Origin: Entomortierella parvispora E1425
Taxonomy: Eukaryota; Fungi; Mortierellomycota
DNA: 64,000 nt
Assembly (NCBI GenBank): GCA_020891255.1
Contig: BQFW01000002.1
Coordinates: 2,170,001-2,234,000, forward strand
Reading direction: 5' to 3'
A model generated the notes under the pieces. That model was not told where the DNA came from. It ran no database searches and saw nothing but the letters and a program-made list of their open reading frames with translations. Positions 52,535 to 63,628 of this stretch are shown piece by piece. Position 1 is the first letter of the stretch. Every line of letters starts with the position of its first letter. Position numbers and translations under genes: made by a program.

Positions 52535-53646
52535 GGTCAGATGGAGAACTTCTATGCTCCCAAGAACCCCACTGTAGGGGCGTTTTACATGGCGCACTTC
52601 AACAAGAGAGATGAGCCTTACAAGATCGAACGCGACCTTGTCACCCCCGACCTCGAGCTTCAACGACTGATTTTCCCCTGGATTGAAAACGTCATGGATG
52701 AAGCCGATGGTAGGCCATGGGCGGAGGTGTGTGCAGATGAGATGCGAGGTGTCAACCCATCCGAGTCCACACTGAAGGATGTCTTTTGGAAGCCAATTGC
52801 TCTTGACGAGCTATCAAAGACCACGGCATCTTTGACCAGTAGCGTCCTGATCGATCGAATTGCATTCTTAAAGCTCATGGTCCGGATGAGGCGAGTAATC
52901 CTACAGGATGCGGTGATGATGTTGACTTACTGTATACCGACTCCACTGGTGAAACTCTCAACAACCGGCTTTTATCCTCGGTGGAGCTGAAACACATTTT
53001 CTCTGGCCCTCTCTTCCGCAAGCTCCAGACTGATCTCCTAGCCGCCATTGCTCTTCACCAGGAGCAGGTAAAGATCATCAATGACAGTGTGCAATTGACC
53101 ACAGAGAAAGTCAGTGCCTTGAACACACTTGGGTCTGTGATGGTGAACAGTGGGATATTTTGGGCTCTCACTTACAATATGACTATCGAGACAAGAAGAA
53201 GGATCTTTATGTTCTGCCCTCGCACTCCTTTGATAAGGGAGTGCGAGGGTGGCTTGCTACTAAACTAGGTTACTAAAATAAACATCCCTATTAATACACT
53301 TCAAGGCCCACGATATGCCACAAACAGCACCGCCCAGATGCAAACTCAGATGCATTCAAATTGGGACTTGGTGACGGAGACACGGGAAGAAATCAAAGGA
53401 CTCAAGGAAACATTCACGGAAAAGTTTGTCCGACAGGAGGAACGACAGAATCAACAGGATGAGTGGCAAGTGCAGCACTGGCTCCATCTTCAACATTCAG
53501 TTCCGCCTCCAGCTGCAGTCAGACGACCCTTTGTTGTCAGTGCTGGTGTTTCCCAACCTCAACCACCGTAGGCTGTGCACCAACAACCACGCCAGCTACC
53601 ACCTCCTCGGTACGAAACACCACCACCGCTGCAACAAATGAGATGG

Positions 53647-53673
53647 CAACAACAACAACAACAACAACAACAA
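53647..53673 (+). repeat. (CAA)n microsatellite encoding poly-Q in the Crypton linker
   Basis: Read directly. Confidence 0.85.
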
Positions 53674-53737
53674 CCACCACCACCACAACCACTATCACCA
53701 CAGTCAAACGCCTCAATCTCCTCTTCATCACTGCCGC

Positions 53738-56700
53738 TGTGGTGTAGTAGATACAGATCACACATTTGTAGAAGTCAGTTTAGATACCCTTAAAAGATTG
53801 CGTTAATATAATTTCGTGTTCAGAGCAGTAATTGCTCTGGGTCGCTTCCTTCCCTACTTTTTCGTTTGCCTTTGTTTGATCGTTACAGAACACATACACA
53901 TCCCCCCCCACTTCCTGCCCGATATCCCCTTTGCAGCAGCAGCAAGATCGACGCCTTAATTCCGATTGCTGAGACTATTAGTAGCTAGTCTAATGCAATA
54001 GGAGTATCGAGGGTGGAGTGGAGACAAGAAGTGAGTTTTATTATATTGCAAGTTTCTAGCTTTTGTAGGTACACATCGCGTGATGTCACCGTATTCCTGT
54101 TACACCTTCCCCTTTTAAAAAATGATACCGTGCTGCTCTTTGAAGGTTGTGACCAAGTCCATGCAGTTGTCCAAGTTGCTTACTGGGAGCCATTCGTCAG
54201 CTTCTCTGCCGTAGCCTTTGAATGACACTAGGAACTGGTGTTGTCTGCGGTAGAAGCGGTACTTTAAAATTTCGTCCACTTCATACTCCTCTTCGCCGTC
54301 AATTACAGTGGGATCCACGGGGGCAGGAGCTCGAATGCCGAGTGACTCCGGGGACGGCAAATAGGGTCGAAAGGTATCAACGTGGAAGACGTCATGGATT
54401 TTGTAGAATGGTGGCAGCTCGACGCGGAAGGTGACAGGTGAGTGTTGCTCCAAAAGTGTGAACGGGCCAAGGAATTGAGGTCGAAGTTTATCGGCTGGTC
54501 TGATACTGTCGGCAGGGATGGTGATATTGGTGGCACGCAGCAGGACCTTATCGCCAACCTTGTACTTGTGATCCCGTCGTCGCTTGTTTGCCTGTTGCTC
54601 CTGATGATCCTGAGCACGCTGCAGAGCATCCTGGGCCAGGGCAAGGGTGGTCGCCTGCTCAGTCAGGAAGGTATCGACAGTGGGGACTGAGCTGCTGGGT
54701 TTACCGAGGAGAGCGGTGGGGAGACGAGGGTGCTGGCCAGAGTTGAGGAAGAACGGCGAGTATCCCGTGGATGCATTGACAGCGTTGTTATAGGCGAATT
54801 CCAGTGACGGAAGGAGCTGGTCCCAGTTAGACTGCTTGTTGTCAATAAACGCTCTCAACATAGTCTTCAGCGTCTTGTTCATAACCTCTGTCTGCCCATC
54901 CGTCTGTGGGTGGTAGGCGGTTGACAGTGCAAGTTTGACATCCATTAGCCTGTGCAACTCTTGCCAGAATCTACTAGTGAATCGAGTGTCGCGGTCCGAG
55001 ATGATGGATGTTGGTGTGCCATGCAGCTTAAAGATGTTGTCAAAAAACTGGTGGGCGACGTCGACGGCTGTGGCAGAGGTAGTACTGGGGACGAAGTGAG
55101 CTTGCTTGGTCAGCTTGTCGACAAACACTGTGATGGCGTCAAAATTTCTAGCTGTGGGCGGAAGAGGGCCGATGAAGTCCATGGTGACTACCTCCCAACG
55201 TTGCGAAGGAATGGGTAGCGGTTGCAAGAGTCCAGCTGGTCGATCCTGTGAGTCCTTGTTCCTTTGACACTTCTCGCAGGTTGCTACATACTGCTGGGTA
55301 TCCTTGGCGATGTGGGGCCAATATACGAAACGGCGCAGGTTGTCGTAAGTCTTTTGAAAACCAAAGTGTCCAGCAGTGGCAGAGTCGTGAGCGTCGTGCA
55401 AGAGAGTGAGGCGGATCGGGGAGTGCCGAGGGATGGCCAGGGTGGTTGCTCCACGTCGGGTAAAGTAGAGGAGGTTGTTCTGGAATGAATATCCATTGGC
55501 AACCTTCCCATCCAGGCAATCCTTGTAGATGGGTCCAAGTCGAGGATCGTCGTTGTAGTCCTGGACAAGCTGGTCACGGACGTCCGGGGACAGGGAGACG
55601 CTGAGGTTGTATAGCTCAACAGGGTCAGGCTCGCGGTAGTCCGGTCGTCGGGAGAGAGCGTCTGGGACGATGTTGTCAACTCCTCGCTTGTACTTGAAGT
55701 CAAAGTCGTATTCCTGAAGCAACTCCATCCAGCGAGCCTGTCGACGAGTGAGTTTGGGCTGTGTGGGGAAGTGGCGGAGGGTGGCGTGGTCGGTGTGGAC
55801 GCTGAACTTGGTTCCATCGAGGTAGTAGCGCCAAGTGCGGAGCGCATGGATGACAGCCAACAGTTCCTGCTCATGGACAGGGTAGTTCCGCTCAGCTGAC
55901 TGCATTTTCCTGGAAGTGAATGCGATGGGATGGGTATTCCCTTCCCGGTCAGTCTGCAGCAGCACTGCACCGATGGCGAAACCGGATGCATCTGTTTCGA
56001 CAAAGGTGAGAGATCAGGGTCGAAGATGCGGAGGACGGGGGCGGAGCAGATGGCGCGTTTGAGCTGAAGGAATGCAGATTGTTGTTCGTCGGTCCATTTG
56101 AAGGGAGTGTTGTTGGCGAGGAGGGAAGAGAGAGGGAGGGCAATCCCTGCAAAGCCCGATACGTACTGTTGATAAAATTGCGCAAGCCCCAAAAATTGCT
56201 GGACGTCCTTTGTGCTCTTGGGGGTGGGCCAGTCACTGATGGCTTTGCTGAGCCCGGCCGATGTTTTGATCCCGTCCTTCGTGATGGTGTGGCCCAAAAA
56301 TTCAGTTTCGTCTTGCATGAAGGAGCACTTGCTCAATTTCGCGTACAGACCGTTCTTGCGGAGGAGAGCCAGGACGCTTCGGAGATGCTGCAGGTGTTCT
56401 TTCTTTGTCTTGGAGTAGATCAACAGATCGTCGAGATACACGACAACCCATTTGTCCAAGACTGGATCGAGCACTCGCAACATCATATTGGAGAACGAAG
56501 CAGGAGCGTTAGTAAGGCCAAAGGGAACAACATTGAACTCAAAGTGACCATAGCGACAACGGAAGGCAGTCTTGTGTGTGTGTGGTTCAAAGATACGCTG
56601 CTGATGATAACCGGATAACAAGTCCAACTTGGAGTAATAGCGTGCTCCACGGAAGCGGTCAAGTAGCTCGTCGATACGGGGCAACGGGTGTCTGTTCTTC

Positions 56701-59700
56701 CTGGTGATCTTGTTGAGGCCACGGTAGTCGACGCACATTCGGAGTGTGCCGTCCTTCTTCCGCACAAAGAGCACGGGGGCGCCATAGGGAGAGGTACTGG
56801 GTTTGATAAAACCTGCTGCTAGCAATTGGTCCAGTTGTTTGCGAAGTTCGTCAAGCTCGGCGATTGAAAGTCTAATGACAGGGCGGAAGGGTGGGTCGGC
56901 TGTCGGGTCGGTCTCGATCTTCATAGCATCACCACGGTCTAGGGGCAGGCCGTCCGGGAGTTTCTCCGGAAAGACATCAGCGAACTCTTCCATGACAATG
57001 GACCGCACCTCTGGGGTCATATCGGGAATTGTACGCGGTTGGTCAGTTTCTTCAGAGGGCTCTGGGGTGTTGCGAATAAGGGCCAGGAACACCTCCGAGC
57101 CGGGCAGGGTTGCCATGGAATGAAAGTGCATGTGTGTGAGGAGGAGTCCTTTGGTGCGGCTTTGGATGTGATCGGCCTTGAAGCCGCGGCAGCTCCATTT
57201 GACATCGATTCCATTGTGAGTGAAATGAAGATCGTTGGTGCGCCAATTGATGCAAGGGTTAACTTTGGTGAGCCAGGGTTTGCCAAGGATGAGGTCGTAT
57301 TTGTTGAGAGGATAGAGAATAGGGTTGAGCGAATCGGAGTAGTCGCTGCGGTTGAGGGTGATGGGGACGGTGTGTGATGTGAGGGAGGAAGAGCCATTGG
57401 GGAGGAGGATGGGGATGGGCAAGCATTCAGTGCGGAGGAGCTGGTGTCGCTTTTGAAAAGACGAACTGATAATATTACCTTCTGCACCACCATCAATCAG
57501 GATTCTGGCAGCGTGGCCATTGACAGAACCGATGAAAGTGAGCAGTTGGCTCTCTGCCTTTTGGACAGTGAATTCGTGTAGGCGAATCGCACGACGCTTC
57601 AACTTCTTCAACTGACTTTTTGGACAGAGGTACACTAGGTGCCGGCGGTACAGCGAGAGGGTCCGGTTCATCTGTATCGGAGGATCTAGGTAGAGGAGCG
57701 GACAGGGCAACTGGAGCGGGCGAGGCAACAGGTTTTTTGGTTTGGTTTTGGTTTCGGTCCGATAGAACAACCAGAGCATCGTGGATGTGAGTTCGCTTGT
57801 CATGATTGGAGTCATGTTTCTGAGGTGTAGAATCAAGTGAAGTTTTATTTGAGGTACTTAGCTCAGGGTTGTTGGCTACAGTTTCGACAACTGGGGTCCG
57901 GACCGACCCTAGTTGCCGGAGGCTTTTCCCGAATCAGGGGATTCACCCGCGGTTACTTGATTAATTCCTCGGCTGCCGTTGCCGTACTTAGGGCAATTGG
58001 GACTGATGTGACCCAATTCGCGGCAGCGGAAGCAGCCACCGTTACGTACAAGGTACTCTCGGTCGGCGGCGGTCAGGGGTGCGGGGCGATCTCGAGAAGG
58101 GTTGTTAGTACCGTTGGTGGGGCGGTTCTGTAAGGAGCGGTGAAGGGTGCCGAGTTGCTTATGGATATTGTTGAGTTGGATATGAATATTGTCCACTTCC
58201 ATTGCGTTGGGGTCGGTGATACCAGCAGAGGATCCCGAGGCAGCCAGTGCTTTGGCACCGAGTGATGGGTCTCCAGTGTGGAAGATACGACCGAACTCCT
58301 CCGCGGCCTTGAAGAGTCTGGGCAGATCTATGGTGTCGTTGCCTGCATTAACAATGGCCACTTCCAGCATCTGGCGAAGCTGAGTAGGTGCACCACTGAG
58401 AAAGGCAGTACGGATAGTATCGTTGAGAACTGCGTTGTCGGCGTAGTAAGACTGGAGGAGCAGGTGGTATTCACGGGCTTTGGTAATATAGGCCATGACG
58501 TTGGAGATGTTCAATGGTAGTGTCATTTTCATTTGCATTGTGAGGGCGAGAATGTGCTCCTTAAACTTCGCAGGACTGAACTCGGTGGCAAGGAGCTCGC
58601 TGAAATCCGGGAATGAGGTGTCGGATGGCTTGTTTAAGAGTGCCCACCAGCCGATAACCTCATCGCCGGCAAAGGCAAGGGTAACCCCGACCTTGCGAGG
58701 TTCGGCAATTCCAGCGCCATCGAAGAAAAAGGTCATGCGTTTCAGAAAACCGAGAACAGAGAATCCGTCGCGCTTGCCGTTGAACGGTGTTGGATGAGGG
58801 AATTTGAATGACGGTGTCGCGGGGTCCATGTTGGGTGAATTGTCGAGGGAGAGTTGATCGAAGAGGGATACGAGGGGGTCCAGGGTGTAAGTGTGTCGGA
58901 GGGTCAGTGGGTCAGTGAGGTCAGTGGATCGAAAACCTTTGCTACCATGCAATAGGAGTATCGAGGGTGGAGTGGAGACAAGAAGTGAGTTTTATTATAT
59001 TGCAAGTTTCTAGCTTTTGTAGGTACACATCGCGTGATGTCACCGTATTCCTGTTACATCTAACCTCCTCCCCCCCCCCCCTTTACCTTTGGATATCACA
59101 GACCCTGTTCTGCCGATCAAGCTTGCCTTCGTACAAGTCTTGAGCTTCCACCGGACTGAGATCTTTATTGATACTTGGTTCACACAGTTTAGACAGTGAG
59201 ATCCTGCAACGTCTATCCTCCCCCTCGCAAGCAATCCCCTTTCCCTTGATCACTTGTGACCAGCCCCTCTCTCCTTGAGCTACGACCGATCCCCAACCCA
59301 TTGTAGCAACACCACACCCGAACGAAAATGGTGGAGAACCTGGGCAACCATTGCTGGGTACTGCAATAAGAGGATATAGACAGAGGTCCACTTCACTGTG
59401 TGCACTTTTGTTTATATGGTCCCCGTCCGGCCCTCTTGGACTTTTTCTTTTTTCTTTTTCTTTTTTTTTTTTTTCACTCCTTTGCCCCCCGCGTCTTCTT
59501 TCCGCTTTCGTCCCTATCCCTCTGCTGAGGATAATACTTCCCGGTATTTTCCTCAACAAATCTCGTCTTCATTCGTGTTCATTTGTGTTCATTTGTGGTC
59601 GCATGCACCCGAATTGAGATCTCGGATCTGAATTAATTTCATTTTTTTCTCCATTCGGAACATTTCGGAGCAGTCACACTCTGTTATGAGCTACCTTAAG

Positions 59701-61373
59701 AATGGTACCTTCTTATGTTCGTTCTTCGAGAAGATTCCAGAACCGTCCTTTGTTTTGAAATCCGCTGAGTATTAGCTGAGCCACAGCATTTTCGTCTTTC
59801 ACTGCTGTTTTTCGACCCATTGTCCACCTTGAACACTCGCCTTCTTTCTCCTTCTCTCCTTTCGCGTCATTCCATCCTTTTACAACCTCTTCCAACCGTC
59901 AAGGATGAAGTGCTCAGTCCCTTATTTTGTCTTTGTCGGATACCGATTTTTTTTCCACGACCATTTTTCTCACATGGGCTGAATTAGAGCAAGTAATTCA
60001 ATTAATTGTTTTTTTTTGGCACATGCAGAATTCGACGCACTACCTCCCACGTTATAACCTACTTTGAAACCACGACCTTTCTATGTTCTTTTCTCGTGTG
60101 GATTTCAAAACTGCCCTTCGTTTTGAATTTGGTTGATTATCGAGCGATTTATTGCCCCCCCCTTTTTTTTTTATCGTTCAATACCCGTTATCTTTTATTT
60201 GTTGCCTTTCGCTCGATCTTCTACCTTGTTCTTGCCGCCAGAGTCTCGAGTCCCAAGCCGAATCATGTCTTACCAGTCTTGTTTCCGTCGAGCATTGCGC
60301 CCCTCACCCTTAGCCGTTGAACTTCAACTCAGGATCCCGTTGACAAGTACCGCGGACTAGGCGCGTACGAGAGAAACAATACCGACGATCATTGACCGTT
60401 GATGTACAGGAATCCCTTGGACTGGATCCCGGAACACTGGTGACATCCATCTGGATATGAATAACAAGATCATAATATATCTGATAAGAGTCTCTGGATA
60501 TTGAGATTGTTTATTGGGCCTACCTTATGATCAATGTTATTATAATCTTTCAAGTACAACAAGCAAGGATAAGAATCGCTCCCTCCAGTCGAATAGGCCA
60601 TTCGTCTGGCTCAAGAACATTCTTATTCGAAGTGGCACTCAATGGATCCCGAATTGAGTCCAGTCTTCGCGCTCGCACGTAGTAATGACTGCCCTTCAGT
60701 CGTTATTTACTTTGTAGTTGGCCGCCACTACCGTTCCTTTATTTGCTTCTGTTCTACTATATGTTTTGGTCTCCTTATGTCGACTTTGGGGATCTTAGCT
60801 CTTGGTATTAGCAACTCACTTGGCACTCGCCTTGAATAGCTCGTATGAGGCAGCTGGGATCGGTGTGGTGTAGTAGATACAGATCACACATTTGTAGAAG
60901 TCAGTTTAGATACCCTTAAAAGATTGCGTTAATATAATTTCGTGTTCAGAGCAGTAATTGCTCTGGGTCGCTTCTCCTTCCCTACTTTTTCGTTTGCCTT
61001 TTGTTTGATCGTTACAGAACACATACACATCCCCCCCCACTTCCTGCCCGATATCCCCTTTGCAGCAGCAGCAAGATCGACGCCTTAATTCCGATTGCTG
61101 AGACTATTAGTAGCTAGTCTAACCTCCTCCCCCCCCCCTTTACCTTTGGATATCACAGACCCTGTTCTGCCGATCAAGCTTGCCTTCGTACAAGTCTTGA
61201 GCTTCCACCGGACTGAGATCTTTATTGATACTTGGTTCACACAGTTTAGACAGTGAGATCCTGCAACGTCTATCCTCCCCCTCGCAAGCAATCCCCTTTC
61301 CCTTGATCACTTGTGACCAGCCCCTCTCTCCTTGAGCTACGACCGATCCCCAACCCATTGTAGCAACACCACA
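53738..61373 (+). mobile_element. Non-autonomous two-LTR family-C element (LTRs 53738-59316, split by A2, and 60864-61373; ~1.55-kb non-coding core); 4-bp TSD CCGC
   Basis: CCGC at 53734-53737 and 61374-61377; removal rejoins the Crypton frame SLP|PPPPFTQ; PBS at 59329-59346; no convincing core ORF. Confidence 0.9.
53994..59058 (-). mobile_element. Full-length chromovirus A2; LTRs 53994-54104 and 58948-59058; 5-bp TSD TCTAA; gag 57909-58829; pol frameshifted twice
   Basis: TCTAA at 53989-53993 and 59059-59063; near-identical to A1. Confidence 0.96.
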
Positions 61374-61951
61374 CCGCCACCGCCACCATTTACTCAAAAC
61401 TTGACTCACTCGCCTCTTAATTCTTCTGATCTCTCCACTAAAGGATATCTAATGCTTCCCGATAACAAAAATCTGACCCTTCGTATTCTCTGGACCGAGT
61501 ATCATGGCCCAATTGCAGAAGCAAAGAAGAATGACCCAGCTTATCCTTACACTCAAGCGCGCAAAAAGGCTCTGCAGAGGCGAACTCAGCTTGTAGACAA
61601 CATCGAAGCCATGGCAAAGAAAAATGAAGTTCCTGTCGAGTCGATTATTGCAACACTGGGGGTCACTTACAAAGACAAAACGATCAACTTTATTCGAGAG
61701 GACTTGAGGAAAAAACAGAAGCAGCTGCAGATTTTGTAGGACAATAAACTGATCTCATCTCCAAAGCTTTTGAGTGTTTGATGAATTTATGGGTCAACAG
61801 TTAAACACCTTCAAACACGACGCGAGCGAAGGTGAAACGAGGATGAGATGAGGCTGAGATAACACCAGGAGGAAGAATGTAAAAAAGACTCCTCCATACA
61901 CACAACACACATACACAGGCGCGCGCGCTTGTGGTCGCATCCACCCATAGG

Positions 61952-62191
61952 TCAGTGAGTGTGATGGATGGTTGCTTGGAGTACCGGGCCTATTTGTACT
62001 GGGGGACGACCACTATGGCGGCCAGAATGTGTACATCTGTCGAGTGCAGAGGTGCCTGCATGACGTCCAAAATGCGTGGAATGGACTCGACTATCGCGCG
62101 TTTGGCCAGCATGGTGATTCAAGACGCCACCATCCAAGCCATCGACCTGGTGAGCTTGACCTTGTTGTTTGTTGAAAGTGATCTCAGACAT
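61952..62191 (-). CDS. 79-aa antisense ORF in the Crypton 3' end (THFGRHAGTS); second copy of 8961-9197
   Basis: Open ATG-TGA frame conserved between the two copies. Confidence 0.4.
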   Translation of the reverse strand: MSEITFNKQQGQAHQVDGLDGGVLNHHAGQTRDSRVHSTHFGRHAGTSALDRCTHSGRHSGRPPVQIGPVLQATIHHTH

Positions 62192-62699
62192 CCTTGGGGG
62201 AAGAGAGGACAGTGCAGTTGGGAAGAGAGAAAGCAGGGGAGCGGGGCTTCAAGAAAAAAAAAAAAAAAAAAAAGGTGTTTGCCCCCAAGGGTCGGGTCGC
62301 ACCTGCTGGTCCCCATGAATACAGTAAACCCTTTCAAAAAACCAGACAATCGCAATCGCCATCCTTCCAAGACCCAAGATAAAAATGACAGGGAGATCGT
62401 GCAGGCAAAAAAAACCCGAGACGACAGCAACCAATGGCAAATTCACATCGCTAGTTTCTTTTTTCCGACAGGACAATGGGGCCTCAATATGGAATTCATC
62501 TCGCTAATCCTCCAGGGACCGGTCACGTGATGGACACCCGTGGACACCATCGGACATGGTCGGACGTGAGCCTGGACACGGCTAAAATTTGAACTCGTAG
62601 TCTATATTGTATATGTAAAGTGACAAAAAGGTAACAGACTTTGATAGAGAAAGAAAGAGATACTACAGTGGCCCAGCTCATAGCTCTGATCATAAAAAA

Positions 62700-63386
62700 T
62701 TAAAATAGTCAAGAATAATAAAAATATCACATGACTTTTTTTATTAGGCGTTGATTGGACGCTCTGACCATCCGTCCCCCAGGAACACAAACAGAACATG
62801 GCACGCGGCGGTATGTCTTTCGAAGGCAAACTCAACACTGCTTTTTGATTGAGGTAGACTTTACAAAAAATCCCGATTCACTCTTCCTGTGCTTTTCGTT
62901 TGGCGATTGGATACACGCGAGATTAACGGATAAGAGAGCATCAATGACACGATTTGTGTACTTCGCTTGGGTTGACGAAGCAAGGCCATCGATGACAAGC
63001 TCGGTGAAGGGAGAAGAACCGCCCCAGGGTCTGCTAAGCTTGATCAGGGCGATCGTAACTTGCCAAGCTGGATCGAGGGTTTTGCGGACCGAGTATTCTC
63101 TGAAGAGGTCATTTTTCTCAAGCATCTCCACAAGAGCTTGAAATGCAGTCTTGGTTGTTTGAAACGTGTTCTTGAATTCCTGCTCGGTCAAGTTTCCAAA
63201 TTTTAGAATGAAGAAATGATCGTCCTCCTCTCTGGGAACCGGATCATTCATATAACGGGAGAAGACAGTAAGCAAGAATTTCTCTGACAATTCCTCTACT
63301 CTGTCCACGCAGTCGTCTTCTTCAGCTAGAAGGATGTCGGTTTGAAGCTGACAGAGCCGTCCTTTGCGGGCAGTATCGAAGACCAT
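62700..63386 (-). pseudogene. PIF/Harbinger (HARBI1-like) transposase N-terminal remnant
   Basis: EFKNTFQTTKTAFQALV..L, WQVTIALIKL, KYTNRVIDALLSV..I.SP resemble the Harbinger nuclease N-terminal pattern; degenerates around the first catalytic Asp. Confidence 0.65.
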
Positions 63387-63628
63387 CGTCCAGGGGATGT
63401 TTGTGGTGAAAGAAGGGATCAGGGCTGTATGTCTCTTTAAGAATTGGTTTTTGGGGGTTCAGGGCGTGGGATTTCACTGCAGGAACGAAAAGAGATTTCT
63501 CTTTCTTTCATGCTGTGGTTTGTGCAAGGACATGGCAAAGTATGGCACCTTGGAAAAACAATTGCATGGATCCCTCCTGTGTCCAAGGGGCAATCTTTGC
63601 CAAAAGCCGCATTTCTTTTCTCACCCGC

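Larger units (their letters stand above)
45066..61739 (+). pseudogene. Crypton tyrosine recombinase (Ndc10_II-like plus GCR1_C-like); segments 45066-45445, 45553-45869, 52540-53737, 61378-61739
   Basis: MRDEDIR, RGKTNKKG..RHKNVLRCTVGGFAFY, GT-AG intron 45446-45552, THGGRHAG, GRW|VMGQMENFY, LIFPWI, RVILQDA, HIFSGPLF, Q/P-rich linker, LRILWTEY..RRTQLVDNIE; frameshift near 52925. Confidence 0.85.
45066..62607 (+). mobile_element. CryptonF-like tyrosine-recombinase element (right copy), 5'-truncated, carrying nested E1 and C/A2
   Basis: Ndc10-domain-II-like YR pieces plus GCR1_C-like C-terminus; the 3' terminus is defined by its match with the left copy. Confidence 0.82.

Noticed and set aside
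53155-53316. Possible MITE with ATAT..TGGGC imperfect TIRs inside the Crypton gene
   Set aside because: Only 10 of 14 bases match, removal does not restore the frame, and an intron or native sequence explains it equally well.
59317-60863. Possible env-like or captured gene in the C element core
   Set aside because: Only short low-complexity ORFs and long T-rich tracts; nothing recognisable by eye.
8570-62607. Starship-like or single giant TIR cargo element
   Set aside because: No captured host-like cargo, the YR is Ndc10/Crypton-like and internal rather than a 5' captain, the repeats include the YR C-terminus, and the two flanks do not rebuild one target site. Kept only as an alternative hypothesis.
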